64,000 bases of DNA, taken from Nemertoderma westbladi. Its lineage: Eukaryota; Animalia; Xenacoelomorpha. The DNA lies in NCBI GenBank assembly GCA_032718475.1, contig JAUCBJ010008895.1, positions 1-64,000 on the forward strand, in the 5' to 3' direction. The notes beneath the pieces are model-generated. The model was given only the letters and a program-made list of their open reading frames with translations, did no database searches and was not told where the DNA came from. Made by a program: the position numbers and the translations under genes. This document shows, in pieces, positions 20,348 to 33,100 of this stretch (its first letter is position 1; each line of letters begins with the position of its first letter).

Positions 20348-20910
20348 TGTGGGCAGCTTATTATTGAATTATAATTATTCAATACATCTATAGATAGTTT
20401 AGCCTATAATGGAAAAACTATTTTTTAGATTAGCTTTTTTTCACTTAAATTTGGAAAACACAGTCCAATAAAGTATTGCTTTTCAGCTCACTGCTGTTAA
20501 TTTCTTTCATTATTTTAGTGATGGAAACATTTTATTTATTTCCTTATATCCTTATTATCCGTATTATTTCCTTCACAATTTTTGTGAAGAATAATAGGTC
20601 TAGGCCTACACTATCCTTGAAGTAAATATTTTAGTAAGACAAGAGACCCGCATAAATATATGGTGTCTTCTACGTGCTAGCTATTTATATATACGCCCAA
20701 TAGTTTATTGTAGTACGCTAATAATTAATTTGATTGATATTATTTGAATATTAAGTTAAATTTTCATATAAAATACCGGTTTTACATTCGATAAAACAAC
20801 ATGGCGGGTATGATTTTTTCATTTTGACCGAATATTAATAATATGTACTGTAGATGTAAACAAGCAAAATTTAAAGGTTCAACTAATTAAAATTCAACAT
20901 TATAATACAG

Positions 20911-21094
20911 ATATATAATGGAACATGGCCTGGAGGAACTGATGCGTGAACTTCTGATGAGATTGTTAGATCAGGAAAATATACCCTACAATCCATATCC
21001 AATGTTTATTAGCAGAGCTCGAAGCCAAACCGAAGTATTTACAGCGAACAGGGAAACGATCGCGCAGATAAATACAAAACTCAATAGTCCCTCG
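20911..21094 (+). CDS. Host gene exon 3 (RIIa/Dpy-30-like dimerisation/docking motif YIMEHGLEELMRELLMRLLDQENIPYNPYPMF)
   Basis: Acceptor ataatacag|, phase 2 in (AG+A = Arg), donor TCG|GTAAAT, phase 0 out. Confidence 0.8.
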
Positions 21095-21524
21095 GTAAAT
21101 ATATTAAACGTTCCTTTAAAGTGGCCATAGACTGTTAAGAAATTTATGTTATTTTACCAGATTCCTTTGGTCTAATCTGTACAACAATATCCAGAATCCA
21201 AACTATACAAATAAACTTATTTTCAAGTTTCATTGCTGTGGTTTCTAGGGAAACCAGCATTTATAATAGAAGAGGAAATAAAGTATAGTTTATTTTATGC
21301 TATCTTTTACACTTTTCATTTTAAATTTCCCTCTTACATTTGTTGTCTAGTAACGTCAGCTGGTGGAGGGTATTGTTTAATATTATCTGAATTTTGTACA
21401 GTGTTTTTATTATCTATGTAAATAAGTGAGACTTATGAGGTTAAAAAAAATTATGCTATCTACTACTATATCTTCGCTAGTTAATCTCGAGTTCGTGTCA
21501 TTGTACTTTATATTTACTTTTCAG

Positions 21525-21698
21525 TTCGCTACATCGATGGCGTACATTGCTGGTTCTCGGAAACACGACAATGTTTGGGGACTGAGTAACATAGTGGAGG
21601 CAACCAACCCAACTGCTCTACAGACATACAGTTGGTTACTAACAGATCTAATTCCTAAGCAGAAGACAATGGTGTACGAAGATGGATACAGTTCACAG
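21525..21698 (+). CDS. Host gene exon 4 (FATSMAYIAG...DGYSSQ)
   Basis: Acceptor tttacttttcag|, donor CAG|GTGCTA, 58 codons, phase 0/0. Confidence 0.8.
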
Positions 21699-22024
21699 GT
21701 GCTAAACTACTTCCACCATCTACTGTATGTGTATATGCTTGTAATTCAATGACACGACCCACCACCCCCCCCCCCCCCCCCCTCAACAAAAAAAAATATA
21801 CGAATCTTAAATCTTAATGAGATTGCATGAAATTTGAAACAGAGATAGTTTCACCTCCCGACCTCTGACTGGGTGAGCCAGAATTGTTATTTTTGCTTTC
21901 AATCTTTAGCTACAAGTGTTTGAAGAAAGTGTCTCCGGCGATATTACACCAGTTGCACCGCAGTTATTCTTCTACCTTAATAGCTGTTTGCGTGTTTGTT
22001 GGTACTGTTAGAAACCTTCCGTTC

Positions 22025-22785
22025 TAATATGTAATACAATCTGAATTTCGCAGAAAAATAGCTGAGAAACGGGCGTTCAAATGTTGTTCAAAAGGTTTTG
22101 CATCTGCGCGAGGCTATTATTGTATTCTATTTAATAAATGTACCATATTCTGGAAATTTTGTTTATCCACTACGTAGATGTGCAACAATGCATTACCGTG
22201 TACATCTTGAATCATTATCATGTGCTCAACTGATGGCATGTGGGGGGCGGAAACTCAGATGTTCATTAAACACCTTGCAGAGACACTTGTGTCAAAGCGG
22301 GTAGGGATGAGGCAGCGAGGGTTGGGGGTTGTGTTGGGTGCTGTGAGGAGGCGATTGCAGTTTGGGCTGTTGCGGGCTGCGTCACTGTGTCTCAGGGGTG
22401 GAAGGAGACCATGGAGGAGTCTCGGTTTCGGTGATGGAGTGGGTGTGCGGGGTATTGACCCTGAAATGTATTAGGGCTTCCATAATATCTTGGGAACTAA
22501 TTAATTCTAGGCTACTCTCTTGGGGGAATTGTTTATTGTTTATTGTTTAATCATTATTATTATTCTTAATCAATTGTAGAAAAGGGACTATATATATTAA
22601 TTTAATCATATTAAAGTTTATTTATGAGCTATTATCATTATATTACGTAGCTATTCAATCAATAACAAAATGTTCCAGAATATGTTGTATTTATTAAATA
22701 GCCTCGCTCAGATGCAAAACTATGCAACTATCTAACGCTCAAATCTATTTTTCAACGAAATTCAAATTGTGTTACATATTTGGAA
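22025..22785. mobile_element. Degenerate foldback/MITE-like element (long imperfect inverted repeat) in intron 4
   Basis: About 22025-22165 (AATATGTAATACAATCTGAATTTCG...GTTTTGCATCTGCGCGAGGCTATT...CATATTCTGGAA) is the reverse complement of about 22660-22785. True ends not resolved. Confidence 0.6.
22219..22548 (+). mobile_element. 5'-truncated CRE-like (restriction-like endonuclease clade) non-LTR retrotransposon fragment
   Basis: Peptide CSTDGMWGAETQMFIKHLAETL...VRRRLQFGLLRAASLCLRGGR resembles the RLE-domain C-terminus of CRE-type elements. It has a (TTGTTTA)3 tail and a candidate TSD AATCATTAT (22210-22218 and 22549-22557). Confidence 0.7.
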
Positions 22786-23068
22786 TCCTTGCATGGCCAG
22801 CTTTATATTGGTATCAACGAATCACATGAGTATTCACTATTTCAACACAGTCGTACCAGATAAAACCAGAAAATGTTAACAGGTTTTTACGTGACATATT
22901 TCAATATTTTGTTAAGTCTACTCTTTAATTGAAAGCTCTTGCAATTTGATTGTAAAAGTGATTGAGATCAATAGTGGTTCCTTAGGGTAAGATATATTAT
23001 CTTGCCCTATCGTACCACTCACTATTGTTTGCGCAGTTCTAACGGCTTTATTACCTTTCATGTCTCAG

Positions 23069-23255
23069 GTAACTATAGCTCTCCTCGGTAGTACTGCACT
23101 AACTGGGAGTTTTTACTCATCGCCCGATAACCTACAGTTTCGGGTACATTATCTGATAGTTGGGCCGGATGTTGCCATCGCTCAAGGTCTCTTTATTGAG
23201 TGTGTGATGGCTGACGTTAAATCGATATTGGAGAACAGGCATCACGAACTAATAG
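23069..23255 (+). CDS. Host gene exon 5 (VTIALLGST...RHHELI)
   Basis: Acceptor cctttcatgtctcag|, donor TAG|GTGAGA, phase 0 in and 1 out. Confidence 0.8.
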
Positions 23256-23826
23256 GTGAGATGTTTATGAAGTATTTTACACGAGTAATTAATTAACACT
23301 GGCATTGGTATAACATTAACACTGGTACTGTATATTAATCTAATTGATTAATTGATACACAAGATTTTATTCGTGAACTGGGCTATTTTCACAGAAACTT
23401 ACGTATCACTTTTTGTCACTGTTTCTTGTCATAGTAACGAAAAGGTCGTGACAGAATTCCTGTTACTGAATGTCATTGAACCATGTTATATTCGTTTTTA
23501 TTGCTGTGTCAGCTATCAAGGAATTATGGTACAGTATTACCTATAGTTCTAAATTGCTTCTTTATTATAAATGCCCAGGGATATAAATAACAAAGATATT
23601 ACATTTCGAAAAGATCCAATCATATTCTTAATTACTAATTCAGTTATGATTTTATTTCATTTATGTTTTTGAAGCAATATCTAATTTATTTTTTGTAGTT
23701 TGTTGTAGAGTAAGACTCCAATGTTTACCTATTTTTTTCCAATTTCGTATTTATCGTCAATAAATAAGTAGTTGAACAAGTAATTTAACTTCTTAAATAT
23801 GTAATTGAACAATTATTATATTTATA

Positions 23827-23867
23827 ACTAGCAAACCAGGCGCGCTTCGCGCGTCAGGCTTGCTAGT
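23827..23867. other. 41-bp GC-rich hairpin bounded by ACTAG...CTAGT (resembles a Helitron terminus)
   Basis: ACTAGCAA-ACCAG-GCGCG-CTT-CGCGC-GTCAGGC-TTGCTAGT within an AT-rich intron. Confidence 0.5.
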
Positions 23868-24303
23868 CTACAGTAATATCTATTATACTATAGGTACTAC
23901 TGTGGATGCTCTCAAATTTAGTTTATTTAAATTTTTGATTTTACTAAATAAAAGTACTAAATATACACCCCGCCCCATCCCAACGCCTTGACTCCCCCCA
24001 ACATTTTGTTTTATGTCTTACAGCCTTTGAGTTTTATAGGCAATATACTGGTAACATTCGCAACGTCCCCAGCAGGTGAAATGCCAGATATACCAGTTGC
24101 TCTATTGTATGTAGTACTAATTTACTATAAGTATTGCCTTAGTTCCTTATTACAGTTCTAATGTAATCCGCCCTAGTCTAATACATTGCAATGGTGCCGG
24201 GAACTGGAAAACAAAAGGGTTGGATGTATTGAAGGAAATAATTTACTCCGTTTACATTTACATCAATTATGGAGAATATCATTATTATTATTATTTTTAT
24301 TAC

Positions 24304-24369
24304 CCAAATATGTATATATTTTCCAAATATGTATATATTTTCCAAATATGTATATATTTTCCAAATATG
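24304..24369. repeat. 19-bp minisatellite, about 3.5 copies
   Basis: CCAAATATGTATATATTTT starts at 24304, 24323, 24342 and 24361. Confidence 0.9.
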
Positions 24370-24639
24370 CTTCGTTTCCTTTTCGTTTCGTTATGCCATC
24401 CATGCCTACAACTACCTCACAACAACTTCAACACTACTATATTAAAATCAGTATACAATAATCAGCCAGGTATTAATATAGAAAATTATTATATTCCGAG
24501 TTTCAAACTGTGTTCGTCTCTCAGAAGCAAAGACACTAATCGAATGCAATTAATACAGTCACTGCTATGTTAGGGGGGAGGCTGATTGAATTCTAAGCAC
24601 TGGGTCGTTCAAATGTTTTATTTGTAAATCTTCAGATTC

Positions 24640-25315
24640 CCTTACTGTAATAAAATCGTGTCTGTTTGTTTGTCTATATGTCTGTTTGTCACACGAAAGG
24701 CTCCGAAACTATCCGGTCAATTTTGTTGTTTTTAGTACCCTCCTGTAGTGTATGGTCTGAATGGGTGTATAAAGCAATTTTCAGAAAAATACAGTCATTA
24801 GTTTTTGCAAAAAATGAAATAAATGAAAAGTGCCATAGACGCAATGGTAAAATTACACCAATAACAGCTGGTGTTCATGATGAAAAATTGCCTATATAAT
24901 GGATTTCTACTCAGGCTTAGATAAATCGATGAGGTTGCCAAGATTATTGTACTTAGTACACCCATACTGTTTGCTGAGGACTTATTGCCTCAACTCCACT
25001 CCCTTATAAACATGAATTTCTTCATAGGGTTAGCATTAGTGTGTGTTAAATATTTTGTACAGCTGATAGCCTTATCAGTAAAGGTATGGGCCAATGTGAA
25101 TTATTAATAATTCCAGGTGAATTAATTTTAGTAATAATGTAGGCTTTCAACTGTAGTACTGTACTGTAGGATAATAATAATGAATGGAGAGGGACCCAAC
25201 TACACTACTGTACTTTTGTTTGTTCTTATAGCTGGCTTTTTATTAACTGTGTTCAAGCAAAGACACCAATCGAATTGCAATAAATACCGAGATCCCGATC
25301 GCGAGAGCCAGTAGT
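24640..25315 (+). mobile_element. Possible degenerate non-autonomous Helitron-like element
   Basis: The 5' part TAATAAAATCGTGTCTGTTTGTTTGTCTATATGTCTGTTTGTCAC...TCCGAAACTATCCGGTCAATTTT resembles invertebrate Helitron-derived repeats. A GC-rich patch ends AGTAGT near 25315. Boundaries uncertain. Confidence 0.4.
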
Positions 25316-25769
25316 TTAGGAGGAGATAGAGGAACAAACAAACATACATATATATATACTGTACATACATATACTATACTATACTATATATATGTATTTA
25401 TACTATACTATATATATATTGAGCTTTAGGTTAATACTGGTTAATACCATGACTGTTTAACGAAGGCTAATACCATCGTAAATAATCAATCGTAACCCTA
25501 CGTTGTATCTACTTAGCTATAGTTATAATATTAAGCTGTAGCTATAGTATAGCTTAATCTATCAATCTGAATCTACACAGTTATACTGTAGGTTTTTCAT
25601 TTTGTACTCGTACTACTGGGAGTTAGTTTTAAAGTGAAAGTAATTAAGTGATTTCAGATTCCTGAAATCACCGCTATTCTTTACAAAACTAAACAACTTT
25701 TATATTAATTATAATGAGAGATGGCTTAACATTTTTTAATATTATTATATCTTTTTTTCACAATTCTAG

Positions 25770-27520
25770 GGCTCAATATACCAAACTACGGAGGTATTTA
25801 CAACGGGGACTACCGTTCCAACGACTTCTGGGATCGACAGCGTATCCAGGACAACCCAGACGACTATTGGCAATCCTTGAGCGTCGCCCTGAGCAACAGT
25901 CAGACCATAACGGCCGAGTGTCTGTTCCTGCTAGACCCGACTCGGAGAAACTCGCAAATTCGCGGGCAGAAACAATACGAACTCAATGTGATCACCATAT
26001 CGGACCAGGAAGATGAAGAGAGTTTACACTCGTTCTGCGAGCAGCCGATGAGTTCCTTCCATAGCGGAGTGTTTGCGACGCGCGCTCACGCAGAAGCTTA
26101 TCTAGCTACATTCGTCGAACGCGATTCCGTAGTCGACAAAGATATGCCTTACATCGGGATGCAGCCGCGGTTTAAATACGCGTTGAATAAAAACGAGAGA
26201 ATCCCGCAACCCGCGCCGGTGTTCGATGATTTAGTTCGAGCCCGGGTTGAGCTGGAAGAGCCGATGGATCCGTCGGAGTTCGCGCGGAGGGATTCGCGAA
26301 CTCGGAATTCGGGCGGAGAGGAAGAAATCGATGATCAAGGGGCCGGAGATCGGTTGGCGAGTCGGTTGCCAAGTGACGCACCCCGTAGGCTAACGCGAAT
26401 CGGGGATAAGCGAATGAGTGGCGTCGAGAAACGTCAAAGTGGCATCGAGAAACGGCAAAGTCAGTTGGATAAGCGGCAGAGCGCGATGGAGGGCGGAAAA
26501 TCGCTGCCGAGAACTTCAGATGACGCAGTTCTTCCAATGCTTCCTCGGAGCGACGTTCCGATGGAAGGTGAAGAACGTCGGCAGTCGAAAACCCTTCAAC
26601 GAAAACCGCCGAATAAACAGGAAATAAAAGTGAACAGAGTTGTTCCTGGGAAGCAGAGAAAGAAAGTTATGCACGGAGGCTTCACTTACACATCGGAGGA
26701 ATGGAAGGATGGAATATACCCTGACTCTAAGACCATAAAAGGCTCCTTCCAGAAGTACCTAGAAAGTGATGTCTGTGGGGCGATCCCTGGTTTTGATAGG
26801 CTAGATCACATTGAGAGTGAAATTCTTCTATACCTAATGGATAGACCATCTTTAGGCAGCGATTTGGGTCTCCAATTCTACTCTTACATGAGAAGTTCGG
26901 CGTGGCGATTTTTCCGTATTATGAAAATGAATTTGACTGTTCAGGAATTGATATACGTGAACTTGGATGAGTCATCTTGTGTTCCCGCGGATTCAGTATT
27001 CTTTGAATATGAAACTCAATTAATGAATTATTTTGGTGGGGATAACGGATTCAGCGATTTGGTTACAATGCGGGGATACATTGTTCGGGAATTAGCGAGT
27101 GTTGTTGATAAAACCTCGTCTGATAACAAATCAATAACATTATCCGAAGCAACAATATCTACGTTAATTCGAGTCAACAGTTACTGTGAATGTCATCTAG
27201 TATATCTAATGGATGCTTCAGAAGAAGCCTTCCAATTGGTTAAATCATTTAGGAATCAGATTCTAGAACGCGGGGACAACTTGCCCCGTCCGGTCACCCC
27301 GACCTGGAGGTTTTCTCGCAGTGGTAGAAAACCACCCAAAGGAAAAGGTAAAAAGATTTCTACGTTTCTATATAAACATGGCAATGAAGATCAGAAGATC
27401 ATGGATCACGATTACTTGTTTGTTAATGTTAATCAAGCCATGGAGAAGTCAACAGCCCCTAAAGTAATGTTGCATGATAATGTTCTTATGCAGTATTGCA
27501 TCGATACACACATTGATCAG
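25770..27520 (+). CDS. Host gene exon 6 (large exon: end of module 1, KRQS-repeat linker, helical region, start of module 2)
   Basis: Acceptor ttttttcacaattctag|, phase 1 in, in frame with the 550-aa ORF at 25877, donor CAG|GTTTGT. Confidence 0.85.
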
Positions 27521-28079
27521 GTTTGTTGACCCTTTTTATCTCTTCATTTTTTTCTCTTCTCTTCACCGAATGAGCTACCAAAGATAAATCACAGCAACAA
27601 CAAGCAGCAACAACACAGCAACTTTCTAAGTTCTCCACTCTAACCATATTCTGACAGCTGTAGACGCAAATGGTGTACCCGTGTTGACACAAATAGTCAA
27701 CAAAAATCATTAAATCATATTGTAAGCGTATCGTTAAAGTGTATCGTAAACAATAGCAAAAAAATAATTTTTAATTATAATTGTCGCCTAATTAGTATTT
27801 TCCTTCGTATCGGGAGCTTGATGAATCCACAACTCTCCTCTGGGGAGTATAACTTTGGGGTACCTTGTATCAGACTATAGATATATTATATCTATAAGAA
27901 ACAAAAATATACAATAATATTTTACTACTGTACGAAATATCCAACTACAGAACATTTAGCAAGGAAATAAAATAAACCTGAAAATTATTGTTATTTTATA
28001 TACAATATATCTTATATTGTGTCAATTTTACATATTATTCATATTTATGACGATGGCTATTGATTTATACTCATTTAAG

Positions 28080-28340
28080 GTTTGGTCCCAATATGTGCTC
28101 AACCTAACCCTCATGGCTGTGCTGCCACCCAACCCCTTCCCACAACTGGTAACCTCTTTCCGTCAGGCCTCTAGTTTCATGGATCTCTGGGGAGAATCAG
28201 ACGAAGCTGTGGTCGAGGCTGTTCTACACAAGTCCGTGAGAGAAGCCGACCCTGATAACTTTATCTCGACCATCCCGGGCAGCAATGTCTACGGCCTACG
28301 AAGCAGTCTTGCCGCATTAGACCACGATTTCTTCCCCAAG
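28080..28340 (+). CDS. Host gene exon 7 (VWSQYVLNL...DHDFFPK)
   Basis: Acceptor ctcatttaag|, donor AAG|GTTTGA, 87 codons, phase 0/0. Confidence 0.8.
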
Positions 28341-28689
28341 GTTTGAGATTAAATAAATTATAGTAATAAATTAAAGTAATAAATTATATCTAAACGGATT
28401 ACAATTTTCACGAGGGTTGTTATCTGTTGACTCCAGGTGATAACTTATACTGTACTACTATTTAGCACTACGATACTTTATCTATTGGGAAATTAGTAAA
28501 TCCCACAGGGATTTAAAGATCAATCTTTAAATCCTTATAATTTATTTTAGGTGGTTAGGATGAATGAGTGGCTTCATATTATTATAACTTTTTGTTGGGC
28601 ACAGCTTTGCAAAGTCGGCAATGACGTCCAGGTGGGATCGAACTGGTGACATCAAGTTAAATTCCTATTATGTTTCCTATTAATTATAG

Positions 28690-29322
28690 GTTCTAGAAAT
28701 AGGCCGGCAATTCGAGTATAACGACTACAGCGCCAAATCGGGCCAATATAAGTTCGCGCTGACCACCGCAATAAGCGGCAACTCCACCTACTACGGTAAA
28801 ACTTCGCCTTATATAAACCGTATTGAGGTATCCGAACACTGCTTCGTAAGGGGACCCCGTGGCTGCGCCCACGCTGCTGTACAGCTGTACGGAAACCTAA
28901 TCCGGGAACAACTGCTAACCTACTCCTCCGCCAATCACATTGTATCCGGGCTCTACCTCGGCCGAAATCGGTCCCATTGGTCGCTACTTGAAGTTAACAC
29001 TCGTCCAAACGCCTTGGAGCTCGAGTTCACCCGATTGGTTGTCGCTAAGCAACCAGTCGCGGCGCTTATCTACACGAAATCAGATTGGCGTTACGTACCG
29101 GTAGTGAAACGGTTTCTCTTTCATTACGTCGATGAGGACGAGACAGATTACGAGACATTCTACCCGGAATGTCCCGAACTTTTTTACAATTCGGTTTTCT
29201 GGGACGTTAAGAAGGCCGCCTTCCATTTCCAGCAAGGATCCACACCGGACAGACACGATCCGTTCTCCGGACCAAATCTCAGGTACACTGCCATTACAAT
29301 TTTGAAACGCGTTATAAAATAA
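28690..29322 (+). CDS. Host gene exon 8 (last exon visible; VLEIGRQF...)
   Basis: Acceptor taattatag|, open frame to TAA at 29320-29322, with AATAAA at 29321-29326. An alternative donor AG|GTACAC at 29283 could continue the gene. Confidence 0.75.
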   Translation, partial: VLEIGRQFEYNDYSAKSGQYKFALTTAISGNSTYYGKTSPYINRIEVSEHCFVRGPRGCAHAAVQLYGNLIREQLLTYSSANHIVSGLYLGRNRSHWSLLEVNTRPNALELEFTRLVVAKQPVAALIYTKSDWRYVPVVKRFLFHYVDEDETDYETFYPECPELFYNSVFWDVKKAAFHFQQGSTPDRHDPFSGPNLRYTAITILKRVIK

Positions 29323-30108
29323 TAAAAATACCTGATAACACAACCATTTTATTTCGTCAATATAATATAGTTTTACTACTTACAGTACATATATGTTTTA
29401 ATTTGCGCTTCAATTTTATCATCCCCCTCGCTCATACAACACCAAATGTTTTGTAATAACGTTTAATATTCATTCAATAATAAAAATAGAGTTTAAGTAA
29501 AAAGTAAAGTATCTTTTAATAATGGATAAATTCTAAAGTAATATATTGTAAATTTTTTGCCTGAGAATGACAGGGGGGGGGGGGGGGGGGGGGGCTTTCG
29601 ACGCAATAAAAATTAATCCCTCTCCAGCGGAAATTTGATGCAAGTAACAGCTGATTACTCTCAAAAATAAAACTGTTACCTGTTCTATTGTGTTTAGTTT
29701 ATTGTTGGTTAAAATAACGTGCCACTTGCCACTGTAACCTGCTCCTTTCCCTAAATTGAGAATTTAGCATTGATAGTTAAATTATTTATTTATTAAATAA
29801 TTTAGCAGCGGGATATTAATTCGCCAAGATGGGATTTGCGTCTTTTTTTACCCAGGGAAATAGTAACCCGAAATATCAGTGAGTTTTAATATTTTACTTA
29901 GAGGAAAAAAATTTAAATAATGAAACAAATTATTATATTTATTATGATTATTTTATATTTATTATTATTTATTATTTATTTATATCCCATTCAGATTCGC
30001 ATTGAACTCAATTGATAAGAAGTTAATAAAACTGAAAGCAGAAGCGAATTATTTGTCAATTTATCGTCTTTTATTCTTAAAATCTCTAATGAACGATCAT
30101 ACAAGTCA

Positions 30109-33100
30109 TATAGCAGACTGCTGGAGAATGTTTCATTCTATAGTCGGTAAGTATAGCAGACTGGCTGGAGAATGTTTCATTCTATAGTCGGTAAGTATAG
30201 CAGACTGCTGGAGAATGTTTCATTCTATCGTCGGTAAGTACAGCAGACTGCTGGAGAATGTTTCATTCTATAGTCGGTAAGTATAGCAGACTGCTGGAGA
30301 ATGTTTCATTCTATAGTTGATAAGTACAGCAGACTGCTGGATAATGTTTCATTCTATAGTCGGTAAGTATAGCAGACTGCTGGAGAATGTTTCATTCTAT
30401 AGTCGGTAAGTACAGCAGACTGCTGGAGAATGTTTCATTCTATAGTCGGTAAGTATAGCAGACTGCTGGAGAATGTTTCATTCTATAGTTGATAAGTACA
30501 GCAGACTGCTGGATAATGTTTCATTCTATAGTTGATAAGTACAGCAGACTGGCTGGAGAATGTTTCATTCTATAGTCGGTAAGTATAGCAGACTGCTGGA
30601 GAATGTTTCATTCTATAGTCGGTAAGTATAGCAGACTGCTGGAGAATGTTTCATTCTATAGTCGGTAAGTACAGCAGACTGCTGGAGAATGTTTCATTCT
30701 ATAGTCGGTAAGTATAGCAGACTGCTGGATAATGTTTCATTCTATATTTAATAAGTACAGCAGACTGCTGGAGAATGTTTCATTCTATAGTCGGTAAGTA
30801 TAGCAGACTGCTGGAGAATGTTTCATTCTATATTTAATAAGTACAGCAGACTGCTAGAGAATATTTTATTCTATAGTTGATAAGTGCAGCAGACTGCTGG
30901 AGAATGTGTCATTCTATAGTTGATAAGTACAGCAGACTGGTTGGATAATGTTTCATTCTATAGTCGGTAAGTATAGCAGACTGCTGGAGAATGTTTCATT
31001 CTATAGTCGGTAAGTATAGCAGACTGGCTGGAGAATGTTTCATTCTATAGTCGGTAAGTATAGCAGACTGCTGGAGAATGTTTCATTCTATAGTCGGTAA
31101 GTATAGCAGACTGGCTGGAGAATGTTTCATTCTATAGTCGGTAAGTATAGCAGACTGCTGGAGAATGTTTCATTCTATAGTCGGTAAGTACAGCAGACTG
31201 CTGGAGAATGTTTCATTCTATAGTCGGTAAGTATAGCAGACTGCTGGAGAATGTTTCATTCTATAGTTGATAAGTACAGCAGACTGCTGGATAATGTTTC
31301 ATTCTATAGTTGATAAGTACAGCAGACTGGCTGGAGAATGTTTCATTCTATAGTCGGTAAGTATAGCAGACTGCTGGAGAATGTTTCATTCTATAGTCGG
31401 TAAGTATAGCAGACTGCTGGAGAATGTTTCATTCTATAGTCGGTAAGTACAGCAGACTGCTGGAGAATGTTTCATTCTATAGTCGGTAAGTATAGCAGAC
31501 TGCTGGAGAATGTTTCATTCTATATTTAATAAGTACAGCAGACTGCTGGAGAATGTGTCATTCTATAGTTGATAAGTACAGCAGACTGGTTGGATAATGT
31601 TTCATTCTATAGTTGATAAGTACATCAGACTGCTGGAGAATGTTTCATTATATAGTCGGTAAGTATAGCAGACTGCTGGAGAATGTTTCATTCTATATTT
31701 AATAAGTACAGCAGACTGCTAGAGAATATTTTATTCTATAGTTGATAAGTGCAGCAGACTGCTGGAGAATTTTTCATTCTATAGTCGGTAAGTATAGCAG
31801 ACTGCTGGAGAATGTTTCATTATATAGTCGGTAAGTATAGCAGACTGCTGGAGAATGTTTCATTCTATATTTAATAAGTACAGCAGACTGCTAGAGAATA
31901 TTTTATTCTATAGTTGATAAGTATAGCAGACTGCTGGAGAATGTGTCATTCTATAGTTGATAAGTACAGCAGACTGGTTGGATAATGTTTCATTCTATAG
32001 TTGATAAGTACAGCAGACTGCTGGAGAATGTTTCATTATATAGTCGGTAAGTATAGCAGACTGCTGGAGAATGTTTCATTCTATATTTAATAAGTACAGC
32101 AGACTGCTAGAGAATATTTTATTCTATAGTTGATAAGTATAGCAGACTGCTGGAGAATGTGTCATTCTATAGTTGATAAGTACAGCAGACTGGCTGGATA
32201 ATGTTTCATTCTATAGTTGTTAAGTACAGCAGACTGCTGGAGAATGTTTCATTCTATAGTTGATAAGTACAGCAGACAGCTGGAGAATGTTTCATTATAT
32301 AGTCGGTAAGTATAGCAGACTGCTGGAGAATGTTTCATTCTATATTTAATAAGTACAGCAGACTGCTAGAGAATATTTTATTCTATAGTTGATAAGTATA
32401 GCAGACTGCTGGAGAATGTGTCATTCTATAGTTGATAAGTACAGCAGACTGGTTGGATAATGTTTCATTCTATAGTTGATAAGTACAGCAGACTGCTGGA
32501 GAATGTTTCATTCTATAGTCGGTAAGTACAGCAGACTGCTGGAGAATGTTTCATTCTATAGTTGATAAGTACAGCAGACTGGTTGGATAATGTTTCATTC
32601 TATAGTTGATAAGTACATCAGACTGCTGGATAATGTTTCATTCTATAGTCGGTAAGTATAGCAGACTGCTGGAGAATGTTTCATTATATAGTCGGTAAGT
32701 ATAGCAGACTGCTGGAGAAGGTTTCATTCTATATTTAATAAGTACAGCAGACTGCTAGAGAATATTTTATTCTATAGTTGATAAGTGCAGCAGACTGCTG
32801 GAGAATGTGTCATTCTATAGTTGATAAGTACAGCAGACTGGTTGGATAATGTTTCATTCTATAGTTGATAAGTACATCAGACTGCTGGATAATGTTTCAT
32901 TCTATAGTCGGTAAGTATAGCAGACTGCTGGAGAATGTTTCATTATATAGTCGGTAAGTATAGCAGACTGCTGGAGAAGGTTTCATTCTATAGTCGGTAA
33001 GTACAGCAGACTGCTGGAGAATGTTTCATTCTATAGTCGGTAAGTATAGCAGACTGCTGGATAATGTTTTATTCTATAGTCGGTAAGTATAGCAGACTGG

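Noticed and set aside
29573-29594. Poly-G run (also the poly-C near 21765-21782 and the G-rich patch at 2835-2853) as functional G-quadruplexes
   Set aside because: Simple homopolymer or G-rich tracts with no further support; run lengths are error-prone.
30002-30187. 61-aa ORF at the satellite edge as a further host exon
   Set aside because: AT-rich, non-ATG start and runs into the repeat; no protein-like signal, although an AG at 29993-29994 means it cannot be fully excluded.
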